Source: an uncultured Alphaproteobacteria bacterium
GTDB lineage: Bacteria; Pseudomonadota; Alphaproteobacteria; Rhizobiales; Xanthobacteraceae
Direction: 5' to 3'
Assembly (NCBI GenBank): GCA_963708635.1
Contig: CAVPTM010000004.1
Location: 167,445-231,444, forward strand
Length of the DNA stretch: 64,000 nucleotides
Both the position numbers and the translations under genes were made by a program. Under the pieces are notes generated by a model that worked only from the letters and a program-made list of their open reading frames with translations, made no database searches and was not told where the DNA came from. Positions 36,619 to 49,939 of the stretch are shown one piece after another. Positions within the stretch are counted from its first letter, which is position 1. Each line of letters opens with the position of its first letter.

Positions 36619-37002
36619 TCAGTCTTCGTCAGCGTTGCCGGTGCAGAAGCGCTCGACCAGCTTGCAGTTGTCGCCGCGGTTGGAGCGGCACTCGTCCATC
36701 GCGCGGCGATTGCCTTCGCTGCGGGCGTAGCCCCAGGCCCAACCCATGGCGCCGTTCGAGGCCGAGGCGACGCTGACGCAGACGTTGCGGAAGGTCTTCT
36801 TGACCGCGCATTCGCGCGAGTACTTGCGGCACTCACGCAGCGCACGGACTTCCGCCTCGTCTTCGGTATCGTAGTTCTTCGACCAGCCGTAATCGGCGTT
36901 CGGACTGGTTGCGAGCGCGCCCCAGGCGCCGGCCATGGCGGGTGCCGCCGTGAACAGCAGGAAAGCGCCAGCAAGGATGGTGTGTTTGAAGTCGATTTTC
37001 AT
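36619..37002 (-). CDS. Secreted Cys-rich DUF4189-like protein
   Basis: Signal peptide, WGALA..YGWSKNY..A..RALREC; two internal repeats with paired Cys. Confidence 0.75.
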   Translation of the reverse strand: MKIDFKHTILAGAFLLFTAAPAMAGAWGALATSPNADYGWSKNYDTEDEAEVRALRECRKYSRECAVKKTFRNVCVSVASASNGAMGWAWGYARSEGNRRAMDECRSNRGDNCKLVERFCTGNADED

Positions 37003-37149
37003 GGATGCCCCGATTTTACAGTGTTGAACACACGCCAAAATTATCAACGCGGCCGTGCCCGCCTGTCAATCCAACCCTTTGCCGAAGCATGATTTAACCT
37101 TGCTGCGTGGCTTGGCGGCCACCGGCGGCCGCCGGGGCGATGGAACTTA

Positions 37150-37180
37150 AAGAAAACGGCGCCCGCAGGCGCCGCTTTCA
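37150..37180 (-). terminator. Terminator downstream of lon
   Basis: CGGCGCC-tgcg-GGCGCCG hairpin followed by TTTTCTTT on the minus strand. Confidence 0.7.
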
Positions 37181-37201
37181 GTTCATACCGGAAGTCCGGG
37201 C

Positions 37202-39653
<2,452 letters not shown>

Positions 39654-39844
39654 TGGCCTTTGATCCTTTTGTTGTGCCCCTCGTCCGGGACCCGCGGGCT
39701 GCGGCATCGCACGGACAGTGCAGGTAGGACAGGCGATGCGGAGCCGGACGGCGTGCCCGGCGCGACTCGGAAGCAAAGGGTACGAAACCCTCGGCCCAGC
39801 GGAATACAACGATCCTTCGTACGCCTTTAGACTAGCGACGCTAT

Positions 39845-39874
39845 ACGTAGGATGACGCGCCCGGCGTCTGCAAG
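39845..39874 (-). promoter_or_regulatory. Putative RpoH (sigma32) promoter of lon, CTTGCA-N17-CCTACGT
   Basis: Resembles the alphaproteobacterial CTTG..CCTA consensus; lon is a typical heat-shock target. Confidence 0.5.
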
Positions 39875-39972
39875 AAAGGCCTGATTTTCAGGTTAAAACG
39901 CGACAACGCCCTTCGGTTCACCCGCAATCGCGCGAATCGGCGGCTGCGCGGTTCAAGCCGAGTTCCCGGCGG

Positions 39973-41250
39973 TCAGGCGCTGGCGGCGCCGCTCTCGGCG
40001 GTGCGGTCGCTGCGGTCGGCGTAGATGTAGAGCGGCCGGGCGGTGCCCTCGACCACCTCTTTGGAGATCACGACCTCCTCGACGCCTTCGAGGCTCGGCA
40101 GCTCGAACATGGTGTCGAGCAGGATGCCTTCCATGATCGAGCGCAGGCCGCGCGCGCCGGTCTTGCGGTCGATCGCCTTGCGGGCGATCGCGCCGAGCGC
40201 CTCTTCGGCGAGCGTGAGGTCGATCTGCTCCATCTCGAACAGCCGCTGGTACTGCTTGACCAGCGCGTTCTTCGGCTCGGTCAGGATCTTCTTGAGCGAG
40301 GCCTCGTCGAGGTCTTCGAGCGTCGCGACCACCGGCAGGCGGCCGACGAATTCCGGGATCAGGCCGTACTTGAGCAGATCCTCGGGCTCGACCTCGCGGA
40401 AGATCTCGCCCTGCTTGCGGTCCTCCGGCGCCACCACCTTGGCGCCGAAGCCGATCGAGGTCGAACGGCCGCGCGCCGAGATGATCTTCTCGAGGCCGGC
40501 GAAGGCGCCGCCGCAGACGAACAGGATGTTGGTGGTGTCGACCTGCAGGAATTCCTGCTGCGGATGCTTGCGGCCGCCCTGCGGCGGCACCGAGGCGATG
40601 GTGCCTTCCATGATCTTGAGCAGCGCCTGCTGCACGCCCTCGCCCGACACGTCGCGGGTGATCGAGGGGTTGTCGGACTTGCGCGAAATCTTGTCGATCT
40701 CGTCGATGTAGACGATGCCGCGCTGCGCGCGCTCGACGTTGTAGTCGGCCGACTGCAGCAGCTTGAGGATGATGTTCTCGACGTCCTCGCCGACATAGCC
40801 GGCTTCGGTCAGCGTCGTCGCGTCCGCCATGGTGAACGGCACGTCGAGGATGCGCGCCAGCGTCTGCGCCAGCAGCGTCTTGCCCGAGCCGGTCGGCCCG
40901 ATCAGCAGGATGTTCGACTTCGCCAGCTCGACGTCGTTGTGCTTGGTCTGGTGATTGAGCCGCTTGTAGTGATTGTGGACGGCGACCGAGAGCACCTTCT
41001 TGGCGTGGTCCTGGCCGATCACGTAGTCGTCGAGAACCTTGCGGATTTCCTTCGGCGTCGGGATGCCGTCGCGCGACTTCACCAGCGAGGATTTGTTCTC
41101 CTCGCGGATGATGTCCATGCACAGCTCGACGCACTCGTCGCAGATGAACACGGTCGGGCCGGCGATGAGCTTGCGCACCTCGTGCTGGCTCTTGCCGCAG
41201 AACGAGCAGTAGAGCGTGTTCTTGGAATCGCTGCCGCCGACTTTGCTCAT
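39973..41250 (-). CDS. clpX: ATP-dependent Clp protease ATPase ClpX
   Basis: Intact; CSFCGK zinc finger, [11 protein letters not shown] loop. Confidence 0.98.
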   Translation of the reverse strand: MSKVGGSDSKNTLYCSFCGKSQHEVRKLIAGPTVFICDECVELCMDIIREENKSSLVKSRDGIPTPKEIRKVLDDYVIGQDHAKKVLSVAVHNHYKRLNHQTKHNDVELAKSNILLIGPTGSGKTLLAQTLARILDVPFTMADATTLTEAGYVGEDVENIILKLLQSADYNVERAQRGIVYIDEIDKISRKSDNPSITRDVSGEGVQQALLKIMEGTIASVPPQGGRKHPQQEFLQVDTTNILFVCGGAFAGLEKIISARGRSTSIGFGAKVVAPEDRKQGEIFREVEPEDLLKYGLIPEFVGRLPVVATLEDLDEASLKKILTEPKNALVKQYQRLFEMEQIDLTLAEEALGAIARKAIDRKTGARGLRSIMEGILLDTMFELPSLEGVEEVVISKEVVEGTARPLYIYADRSDRTAESGAASA

Positions 41251-41548
41251 TCCAGTCTCCGTCAACTCGTCTCGACGCTTCGTGCGCGCTTGCCGAATTC
41301 GCAGCGGCCGCACGCGGATCTATCGCCTATCGACCGCAACGAAGCAAGTTTCGCGCCGGTCATTCGGCACGGCGGGCCAATAGTCCGGCAAGGACGCCCG
41401 CGCTCCTTGTACTCCTCCGTCAGCATAAGCGAAGCATGCTAACGGCGAGCTAATCAAGAATCCATTAACGATAGCCCGCCTCGCCGGTCCAAAAAACGGC
41501 CATTCCGGGCCTTTTTTCGGCAAGGGCAAATCGCCGCGCGCCGTGGCG

Positions 41549-42189
41549 TCAGGAAGCGGGCTTGGGCAGCATTTCCTCCGGCCGCTTGTCGATCACCTTG
41601 TCGACAATGCCGAAGTCCTTGGCCACCTCGGCGGTCAGGAAGTAGTCGCGCTCGAGCGCGTCCTCGATCTTCTTCAGCGACTGGCCGGTGTGCTTGACGT
41701 AGATTTCGTTCAGCCGCTTCTTCAGGTTCAGGATCTCCTGGGCGTGCAGCATGATGTCGGTGGCCTGGCCCTGGAACCCGCCCGAGGGCTGGTGCACCAT
41801 GATGCGGGCATTGGGCAGCGCAAAGCGCAGGTCCTTGTGCGCCGGCGGCCAAGCAGCAGCGAGCCCATCGAGGCCGCCTGCCCGACGCACAGCGTGGACA
41901 CCGGCGGGCGCACGAACTGCATGGTGTCGTAGATCGCCATGCCCGACGTCACCACCCCGCCCGGCGAGTTGATGTACATCGAGATTTCTTTCTTCGGGTT
42001 CTCGGCTTCCAGGAACAGCAGCTGGGCGACCACCAGCGTCGCCATGCCGTCCTCGATCGGCGCCGGTGATGAAGATGATGCGTTCCTTCAGCAGCCGCGA
42101 GAAGATGTCGTAGGCCCGCTCGCCGCGGTTGGTCTGCTCGACCACCATGGGGACGAGGTTCTCATGTAATGTTCGACGGGGTCGCGCAT
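41549..42189 (-). CDS. clpP: Clp protease proteolytic subunit (frameshifted)
   Basis: [37 protein letters not shown]. Confidence 0.96.
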
Positions 42190-42221
42190 GTCGGTTCCCT
42201 TACCCGAATCGCGGCGAAAGG

Positions 42222-43650
42222 CTAGCCCAGCCGGCCCGCGCCGCGTCCCGGCGATCTAATCGCGCCGGCCGGCCGCCGCAATGGGCGGCGGCTTACAGCG
42301 GCCGCTTCGTCTTCCTTGTAGAGCTCCTCGCGCGTGACCTTCTTGTCGGTCACCGTGGCGAGCTCGAGCAGGAAGTCGACGACCTTTTCCTCGAAGATCG
42401 GCGCGCGCAGGCTGGCGAGCGCCTGCGGGTTCTGGCGGTAGTAGTCCCACACCCGCTGCTCCTGGCCGGGGAACTGGCGCACGTGCTCCATCACCGCGCG
42501 GTTGAGCTCTTCCTCGCTGACCGTGATGTTGTTCTTCTCGCCGATCTCGGCCAGCACCAGGCCGAGCCGCACCCGCCGCTCGGCGATGGCGCGGTATTCG
42601 GCCTTGGCCTTGTCCTCGGTGGTGTCCTCGTCGGCGAAGGTTTTGCGGTCGTTTTCGAGTTCCTGCAGCACCGATTTCCAGACGCGGTCGAACTCCTCCT
42701 CGACCAAGCGTCGGCGGCGGTTCGAACTTGTGCAGCTGGTCGAGCGCGTCGAGCAGCGCGCGCTTGACCTTCTGGCGCGAGGTGGCGGCGTGCTCGCGCG
42801 TCAGGCGGTCTTTGACCGCGTCGCGCAGCTTGGCGAGCGATTCAAGTCCGAGCGACTTGGCGAAGTCGTCGTCGATCGTCACCTTGCCGGGCGTCTCGAC
42901 CGACTTGGCGGTCACGGCGAACTCGGCGTCCTTGCCGGCGAGCGCCGGCGTTTACGTAATGCGCCGGGAACGTCACCTTGAGCGTGCGGTTCTCGCCGGC
43001 CGCGATGCCGATCAGCTGCTCCTCGAAGCCGGGAATGAAGGTGTTCGAGCCGATCAGCACGGCGGCGTCCTCGCCCGCGCCGCCCTCGAACGGCCTCGCC
43101 GTCGATGGTGCCGGCAAAGGAGATGACGACGCGGTCGCCGCTCTCGGCTTTGCCGCCCTCCGGCCTGCGGGGTGAATGGCTTGTTCTGCTCGGCGATGCG
43201 CGCCAGCCCCTCCTCGACCTCGGCGTCGGTGACTTCGCTGGTCAGCTTCTCGAGCTTGATCTGCTTGAAATCGGCGAGCGCGATCGGCGGCACGATTTCG
43301 ACCGCCACGGTGTAGTCGAGGTCGCTTTGGCCGGCGATCAGCTGCTCGATCGCGCCCTGCTCCTCGGGCATTGTCACCTTGGGATCGGAGGCGAGCTTGT
43401 AGCCGCGCTCGCCGACGATCTGGTTGTTGGCGTCGCGCACGGTCGCTTCGATCACCTCGGCCATGGTGGCGCGGCCATAGACGCGCTTTAAATGCGCGAC
43501 CGGCACCTTGCCCGGGCGGAAGCCGTTGATGTTGACGCGGGCCTTGAGCTCGTCGAGCCGCGCATTGACCTTGGCGTCGAGCTCGGAAGCCGGAACGACC
43601 ACGCGGAATTCGCGCTTGAGGCCTTCGGAAAGCGTTTCGGTGACTTGCAT
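42222..43650 (-). CDS. tig: Trigger factor (frameshifted; true stop may be ~42293)
   Basis: [39 protein letters not shown]. Confidence 0.95.
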
Positions 43651-43686
43651 TGCTCTCACTTTGACTGACGAACGGAGCCCTCGGCT

Positions 43687-43771
43687 TGGTGCGGGCGGAG
43701 GGACTCGAACCCCCACGACTTGCGTCACGGGAACCTAAATCCCGCGCGTCTACCAGTTCCGCCACGCCCGC
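43687..43771 (-). tRNA. tRNA-Leu (TAG)
   Basis: GCGGGCGTGGCGGAACTGGTAGACGC...TTTAGGT...long variable arm...ACCA, 85 nt. Confidence 0.97.
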
Positions 43772-43918
43772 AAAGGGCCGACTGACGCTTTCGGCGCCGC
43801 GATCCGGCTGGGCTTAACTGCTTTCGGCCCGCAAGGGCAAGCGGAACGGGCAAGCGGGCGGCGCGGCTTATATCAAAGGCGCGGCCGCAGCAAGAAAATG
43901 GCCGCCGTTTCACGTGGA

Positions 43919-45419
43919 TCAGCGGCGGCCGAGTTCGCCGGAAAGCCGCCGATAGACCGCCGGCAGCGCTTCGGGCAGGTCCTCGGCGATGAGGCCGGGG
44001 CCGAATTCCCGGGCCGCCTCGCCATGCAGCCAGACCGCGGCGCTGGCGGCCTCGAAGGCGGGCATGCCCTTGCGCCAGCAGGCCGGCGATCATGCCGGCA
44101 AGCACGTCACCCGAGCCGGCCGTGGCAAGCGTGGCAGGGGCGTTGTCGGCGATGCTGGCGCGGCCGTCGCGGCGCGGCCACCACGGTATCGGCGCCCTTG
44201 AATAGCAGATGGTGCTGGCCTGTTCCTGCGCCGCCGCGCGGGCTTTCTCAAGTTTTGAATTAAGCTTAGAGTTTTCAGCTATCGAATTGAATAATTTATC
44301 GAATTCTCCTGCATGCGGCGTCAAAACACGGCCGGCTGAATGCGCTGCCAAAGCCTGCGCCAGCGCGCGCGGCTCGCCGGCAAAGCTGGTCAAGGCGTCG
44401 GCGTCCAGCACCACGGCGGCGTTGCTGGCAAGCGCCGCCAGCACCTGTGCGCGCATCTGCGGCCCGACCCCGCCGCCCGGACCCAAGACCACGGCATTGC
44501 GCCGCCGGTCCTCGAGGAATTCGGCCAGTTCCTGGGCGCCGTCGACCGGGCGCACCATCACCGCCAGGTTGGCCGCCGCGTTGACGGCGAGCGCCTCGCG
44601 CGGGCTCGCGATGGTGACCAGCCCCGCCCCCGCCCGCAGCGCGCCGCGCGCGGCCAGCCGCGCCGCGCCGGTGGTCGAGACCCCGCCCGACACCACCACC
44701 GCATGGCCGCGGCTGTATTTGTGGCCCTCGGCCGCCGGCTGCGGAAACACCGAGCCCCACAGCGCCGGCCGGTTGGCGAAGGTCTTGGGCTTGATCGCTT
44801 CCAGCACGCGGTCGGGGATGCCGATATCGGCGACCTCGAGCGCGCCGCAGTGCAGCCGTCCGGGCAGCAGCAGGTGGCCGGTCTTGCGCCGGAAGAAGGT
44901 CACCGTGCGCGCCGCCTTGACCGCGGCGCCCATGATGGCGCCGCTGGTGCCGTTGACCCCGCTCGGCAGATCGACGGCGAGCACCGGCCGGCCGCTCGCG
45001 TTGATCGCCTCGATCAGCGCGCGCGCCGCGCCCTCGACCGGGCGGTCGAGCCCGGCACCGAACAGCGCGTCGATGATGAGATCGCAATCGCCGAGCGCGT
45101 CCGGCGCGGCAGCCTCGGTGGCGCCTTGCCAGCGTTCGGCGGCGCGCGCGGCGTCGCCTTTGAGCTTTGCCTGCTCGCCCGCGAAAGCGACGCGCACCTC
45201 GAAGCCGCGGCCGGCGAGCAGCCGCGCGGCGACAAAGCCGTCGCCGCCATTATTGCCGGGGCCCGCGATCACCAGCACGCGGCGCCCTTGCGCCATGCGC
45301 GCGGCGGCATCGGCGACCGCGCGCCCGGCATTCTCCATCAAGTCGATGCCGGGCCGCCCGCCGGCGATGGTGAGCCGGTCGGCCTCCGCCATTTCCGCGG
45401 TCGTCAGCAGCTCGATCAT
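43919..45419 (-). CDS. nnr: Bifunctional NAD(P)H-hydrate epimerase/dehydratase
   Basis: [47 protein letters not shown]-terminus frameshifted. Confidence 0.92.
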
Positions 45420-45467
45420 CGCGCCACGCGCAATCCGCGGCGCCTCGTCACGCGCGCGCCGCCGCCT

Positions 45468-45800
45468 TCAGAAGCCCTTGACGATCTCGTCGAGGTAGCG
45501 CGAGGCGATCGCGCCCTTGGGGCCGCTGATCACATAGATCACCATCTTCTTCGGCTCGACGCAGCGCACGCCCGCGGTATAGCCGCCGTCGCGGCGCGCA
45601 TAGACCGAGTTCTCGGTGCGGGTGAGGTCCTCGGTGAAGCGCGCGCCGCGCAGCGCTTCTGCCGCGTGGTCCTTGCAGGGTTCGAGGCGCAGATCCGTGT
45701 CGTCCCACTGCATGTAGAGCGCGTAGCCGACCTGCGCCATGACCGGCGCGGCGACAAGAACCGCCAGCGCGGCCAAGGCAACCATGACGAAGTAACGCAT
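45468..45800 (-). CDS. Hypothetical secreted protein (110 aa)
   Basis: Signal peptide ending VMA-Q; two Cys; clean ORF with RBS. Confidence 0.75.
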   Translation of the reverse strand: MRYFVMVALAALAVLVAAPVMAQVGYALYMQWDDTDLRLEPCKDHAAEALRGARFTEDLTRTENSVYARRDGGYTAGVRCVEPKKMVIYVISGPKGAIASRYLDEIVKGF

Positions 45801-45971
45801 CGGGACGTCCCCTTCGAAGTGACGGATGGAATAACGCGCCTAGCATAATCGGCTTTGGCGGCCTGACCAGCCTCCTCCCCGGCCGCCCGGTTCCAATCAA
45901 CAGCCTGCGAAATCCCGGTTATTGGCGCGGGCGCAAGGCGTTTCCCCACCCTGGTCAATCCGTGGGCATAA

Positions 45972-46086
45972 TGCTTAATTGGCGGGCATCGAATATGAGG
46001 CAGGGTTGACGGCGCGCGGCCATCTCCACTTAAGCCTTTGCATTTTCAAGCCTATCGGCGTCGCTCGGACTGGCACAAGACGTGCT
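45972..46086 (+). promoter_or_regulatory. glnB sigma54 promoter (TGGCAC-N5-GTGCT, 46071-46086) with NtrC-like site TGC-N11-GCA (45972-45988)
   Basis: GG-N10-GC spacing; matches the known Ntr control of glnBA. Confidence 0.75.
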
Positions 46087-46095
46087 AACCGGTAG

Positions 46096-46479
<384 letters not shown>

Positions 46480-46532
46480 GCGCCGCGGGCAAAGTCTTCG
46501 CGGACATTTCCAAAAAAGGGGGAATGCAATCC

Positions 46533-47944
46533 ATGACGACAGCCAAAGATGTCATGAAGCTGATCAAGGACAACGACGTGAAATACGTCGATTTCCGGTT
46601 CACCGATCCGCGCGGCAAGTGGCAGCACGTCACCTTCGACATCACGATGATCGAAGAGGACACCTTCGCCGAAGGGCAGATGTTCGACGGCTCATCGATC
46701 GCCGGCTGGAAGGCGATCAACGAATCCGACATGAACCTGATGCCGGATCCGGCGACCGCCTGCATCGATCCGTTCTTCGCCGAGACCACGCTGTCGCTGG
46801 TCTGCGACGTGCTCGAGCCGACCACCGGCGAGCCCTATAACCGCGATCCGCGCGGCATCGCCAAGAAGGCCGAGGGCATGGTGAAGTCGCTCGGGCGTCG
46901 GCGACACCATCTTTTTCGGGCCCGAGGCCGAGTTCTTCGTGTTCGACGACGTCAAATACGCCGCCGAACCCTACAACACCGGCTTCAAGGTCGACTCGAC
47001 CGAATTCCCGACCAATTCCGACACCGAATACGAAGGCGGCAATCTCGGCCACCACGTCGGCACCAAGAAGGGCTACTTCCCGGTGCCGCCGCAGGATTCG
47101 GCGCAGGACATGCGCTCGGAAATGCTCGGCGCCATGGCGCGCATGGGCGTCAAGGTCGAGAAGCACCACCACGAGGTCGCCTCCGCCCAGCACGAGCTCG
47201 GCATGAAGTTCTCGCCGCTGACGCAGATGGCCGACCAGATGATGATCTACAAATACTGCATCCAGCAGGTGGCGCAGATCTACGGCAAGACCGCGACCTT
47301 CATGCCGAAGCCGATCTACGGCGACAACGGCTCGGGCATGCACTGCCACCAGTCGATCTGGAAGGCCGGCAAGCCGGTGTTCGCCGGCAACAAATATTCC
47401 GACCTGTCGGAAATCTGCCTGTCCTACATCGCCGGCATCATCAAGCACGCCAAGGCGATCAACGCCTTCACCAACCCGACCACCAACTCCTACAAGCGTC
47501 TGGTGCCGGGCTTCGAGGCGCCGGTGCTGCTCGCCTATTCGGCGCGCAACCGCTCGGCCTCCTGCCGCATCCCCTACACCACCAACCCGAAGGCCAAGCG
47601 CGTCGAGGTGCGTTTCCCCGACCCGCTCGCCAATCCGTATCTGGCCTTCGCCGCCATGCTGATGGCCGGCCTCGACGGCGTGAAGAACAAGCTCGATCCG
47701 GGCTCGGCGATCGACAAGGACCTCTACGACCTGCCGCCGGCGGAATTGAAGCGCATCCCGACGGTGTGCGGCTCGCTGCGCCAGGCGCTCGGCGAACTCG
47801 ACAAAGGACCGCGAGTTCCTCAAGGCCGGCGGCGTGTTCGACGACGACTTCATCGACTCCTACATCGACCTCAAGATGCAGGAAGTGATCCGCTTCGAGC
47901 ACACCCCGCATCCGGTCGAGTACGAGATGTACTACTCGGCCTAG
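46533..47944 (+). CDS. glnA: Glutamine synthetase type I (frameshifted)
   Basis: [49 protein letters not shown]. Confidence 0.97.
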
Positions 47945-48058
47945 CGCATGATCCCGAAAAGCCTGCCCTCGGACTTGATCCGAGGGTAGGCAACCGGTTT
48001 CCCGCCTTCGCGAAGCCCGCTTCGGCGGGCGAAGGAAGGTCGGATTAGATCATGCGCT
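47943..48058. repeat. MITE/RIME-like inverted-repeat element with two nested hairpins
   Basis: TIRs AGCGCATGATC...GATCATGCGCT; inner CCCTCGGA..TCCGAGGG and CCTTCGC..GCGAAGG. Confidence 0.8.
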
Positions 48059-48117
48059 GATCAACGCGTTCCTCCGCATCGCCGCGCGAGTTACGAATCT
48101 TGGCGGCGCAACTCATC

Positions 48118-48145
48118 GGGCGTTCCGCGACGGGGCGCCCTTTTT
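48118..48145 (+). terminator. glnA terminator
   Basis: GGGCGTTCCG-cga-CGGGGCGCCC followed by T5. Confidence 0.7.
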
Positions 48146-48215
48146 CTACTGCGCGCTTGACGCCGCCGCGCCATTGAGGCCTATGCGCCGCGACGCTGTT
48201 CTTGGGGACCCTTAC

Positions 48216-48665
48216 ATGAAATTGTCGATCGCCTGTCTCGCCGCCGCCGCGGCGCTGTTCGCCTTGTTGCCGGCCGCGCAGGCGCAAACCTGGCAACGCT
48301 CGGGCATGAAGCAAGGCTATTACGCCGCCTATACCGGCAACGCCGACGGCGCGCGCCTGCGGATCGATTGCGGCCAATCCGACGAAGTTTTGTCGATCAC
48401 TTACATCCCGGGCCGGGCGCCCGCCTCAGCGCGCAGCGCCGCCGGCGCGATCGTCATCGACGGCAGGCGCTTTGCCGGCAGCTTCGAGGTGGCCGGCGAC
48501 GAAATCAAAGTCGGCGCCGACGATCTCGACTCGCTCGAGCTCGCCAAGGACGTGGTCGCGCACATGCGCAACGGCCGCTCGCTCACCATCGAGCTGCCGC
48601 AGCTTCGCCTGCGCGACAGCTTCGCCTTGAATGGGGCGGCGCAAGCGCTCGGACGCTGCCGCTAG
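48216..48665 (+). CDS. Hypothetical secreted protein
   Basis: Signal AQA-Q; LRIDC ... FALNGAAQALGRC C-terminal pattern. Confidence 0.75.
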   Translation: MKLSIACLAAAAALFALLPAAQAQTWQRSGMKQGYYAAYTGNADGARLRIDCGQSDEVLSITYIPGRAPASARSAAGAIVIDGRRFAGSFEVAGDEIKVGADDLDSLELAKDVVAHMRNGRSLTIELPQLRLRDSFALNGAAQALGRCR

Positions 48666-48691
48666 GCTTTCGCGCGCCGGCGAGCCCTTCG

Positions 48692-48988
48692 TCAGCCGGC
48701 ACGCCCCGCTTTGCGGGCGGCGTAAAGCGAGCCGAGCAGGCCCGCGAGCGCGAGGCCAAATCCGCCGACAATGTAATTTCGCTCCGCCTCCAACATCTGC
48801 TTGCGGCTGGCGAACAAGATCGCTTCGCTGCGATCGCGCGATTGCATGGCCGCGAGCGAGCGGAAATCGGCGCTGGCGATTTCGGCGCGGTTCTGCGTCC
48901 ACCACACGGCCATGACCGCGAGCAGCACGGCGAAGACGCCGGCAAGCGCCCACCATATCAGCTTGCGCTTGGGCGAGGCCGCGCTCAT
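48692..48988 (-). CDS. Hypothetical 2-TM membrane protein
   Basis: MSAASPKRKLIWWALAGVFAV...; ATGA overlap with the upstream ORF. Confidence 0.65.
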   Translation of the reverse strand: MSAASPKRKLIWWALAGVFAVLLAVMAVWWTQNRAEIASADFRSLAAMQSRDRSEAILFASRKQMLEAERNYIVGGFGLALAGLLGSLYAARKAGRAG

Positions 48989-49356
48989 GGATCGTCCATC
49001 GCATCCTTGATGCCGCAGATCCAGCGGCTCTCCAGCCAGTCTACCGATCGGCGCAAGGCCTTGGCCTCCTGCCATTGCCGGAACAGCGAATCGCGCTGGC
49101 TGACCTTGATGTCGCCCGCCATGTCCTGCGTGCAGTCGACGCGCGCCTCAAAGCGCACCGCTGGCTCGGCGTCGCACGAAGTCTTGAAGTAGTGCCAGCG
49201 ATAACTGGCGAGGCCGCCGGCGTCCTTGGCGATGGAGGCGCGCTCGATGCATTTGCGCGAGCCGGGCGCGTCCTCGCGCACGATCCAATCTTCGGCGCGG
49301 CTGGCGCCGGCCGGCAGGGCCAGCGCGGTGGCGGCAACCGCCAGCAGCAACCGCAT
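48985..49356 (-). CDS. Hypothetical secreted protein
   Basis: Signal MRLLLAVAATALAL; four Cys in the mature part. Confidence 0.7.
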   Translation of the reverse strand: MRLLLAVAATALALPAGASRAEDWIVREDAPGSRKCIERASIAKDAGGLASYRWHYFKTSCDAEPAVRFEARVDCTQDMAGDIKVSQRDSLFRQWQEAKALRRSVDWLESRWICGIKDAMDDP

Positions 49357-49444
49357 GTTGCAAACGACCATCATCCCCGCCCGCTTCGATGCCGGACAAG
49401 GAACGATAACGGAAATGCGCGAGGTCAGAAAGCCGGCGGCAAGG

Positions 49445-49681
49445 TCAGACGATCAGCAGCACGATGACCGCGAGCGCGGCGGCGATGCCGCCGGCCGTCA
49501 CCAGCATCCGCTTGCGGCGGCGCTTGGGCCCGTAGACGCCGGCGGCGCGGCGCTCGGCGATCAGCGCGGCATCGTACTCGGCGGAGGAGGAAAACGCGCA
49601 AGCGAGCGCGGCGCCGGCGCTGCGGGCATAGACTTGCAGCGAAAGGCTGTCCCTGCGCTTGTGTCGGCTGCAACTCCACAT
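49445..49681 (-). CDS. Hypothetical C-terminally anchored small protein
   Basis: MWSCSRHKRR...PKRRRKR followed by a TM at the C-terminus. Confidence 0.45.
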   Translation of the reverse strand: MWSCSRHKRRDSLSLQVYARSAGAALACAFSSSAEYDAALIAERRAAGVYGPKRRRKRMLVTAGGIAAALAVIVLLIV

Positions 49682-49833
49682 GCCGGCAGGATGCGCCGAT
49701 AAGGTAAACGAGTTGTTGCCGGGCGCCGCGGGCCGCCGCTCAGCTATAATTTCCGAACCCGACTGAACCTTGCTATTCCGTGGCTTGCTGTTTCTTGTCA
49801 GTATTGCGCCGCCAAGAATTTCAAGGGAGGGCA

Positions 49834-49923
49834 ATGGTGGGCAGTTTCTCGATCGTGCATTGGGCCATCGTGATCATCATCATCGGCGGCATCGGCTTCG
49901 CCATCTACAAGGCCACGCGCTAA
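49834..49923 (+). CDS. 29-aa single-TM microprotein with TatA-like N-terminus
   Basis: GGGAGG RBS; MVGSFSIVHWAIVIIIIGGIGFAIYKATR*; strong GC3 codon bias. Confidence 0.7.
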   Translation: MVGSFSIVHWAIVIIIIGGIGFAIYKATR

Positions 49924-49939
49924 ATCCGCGGCCGGCGGA

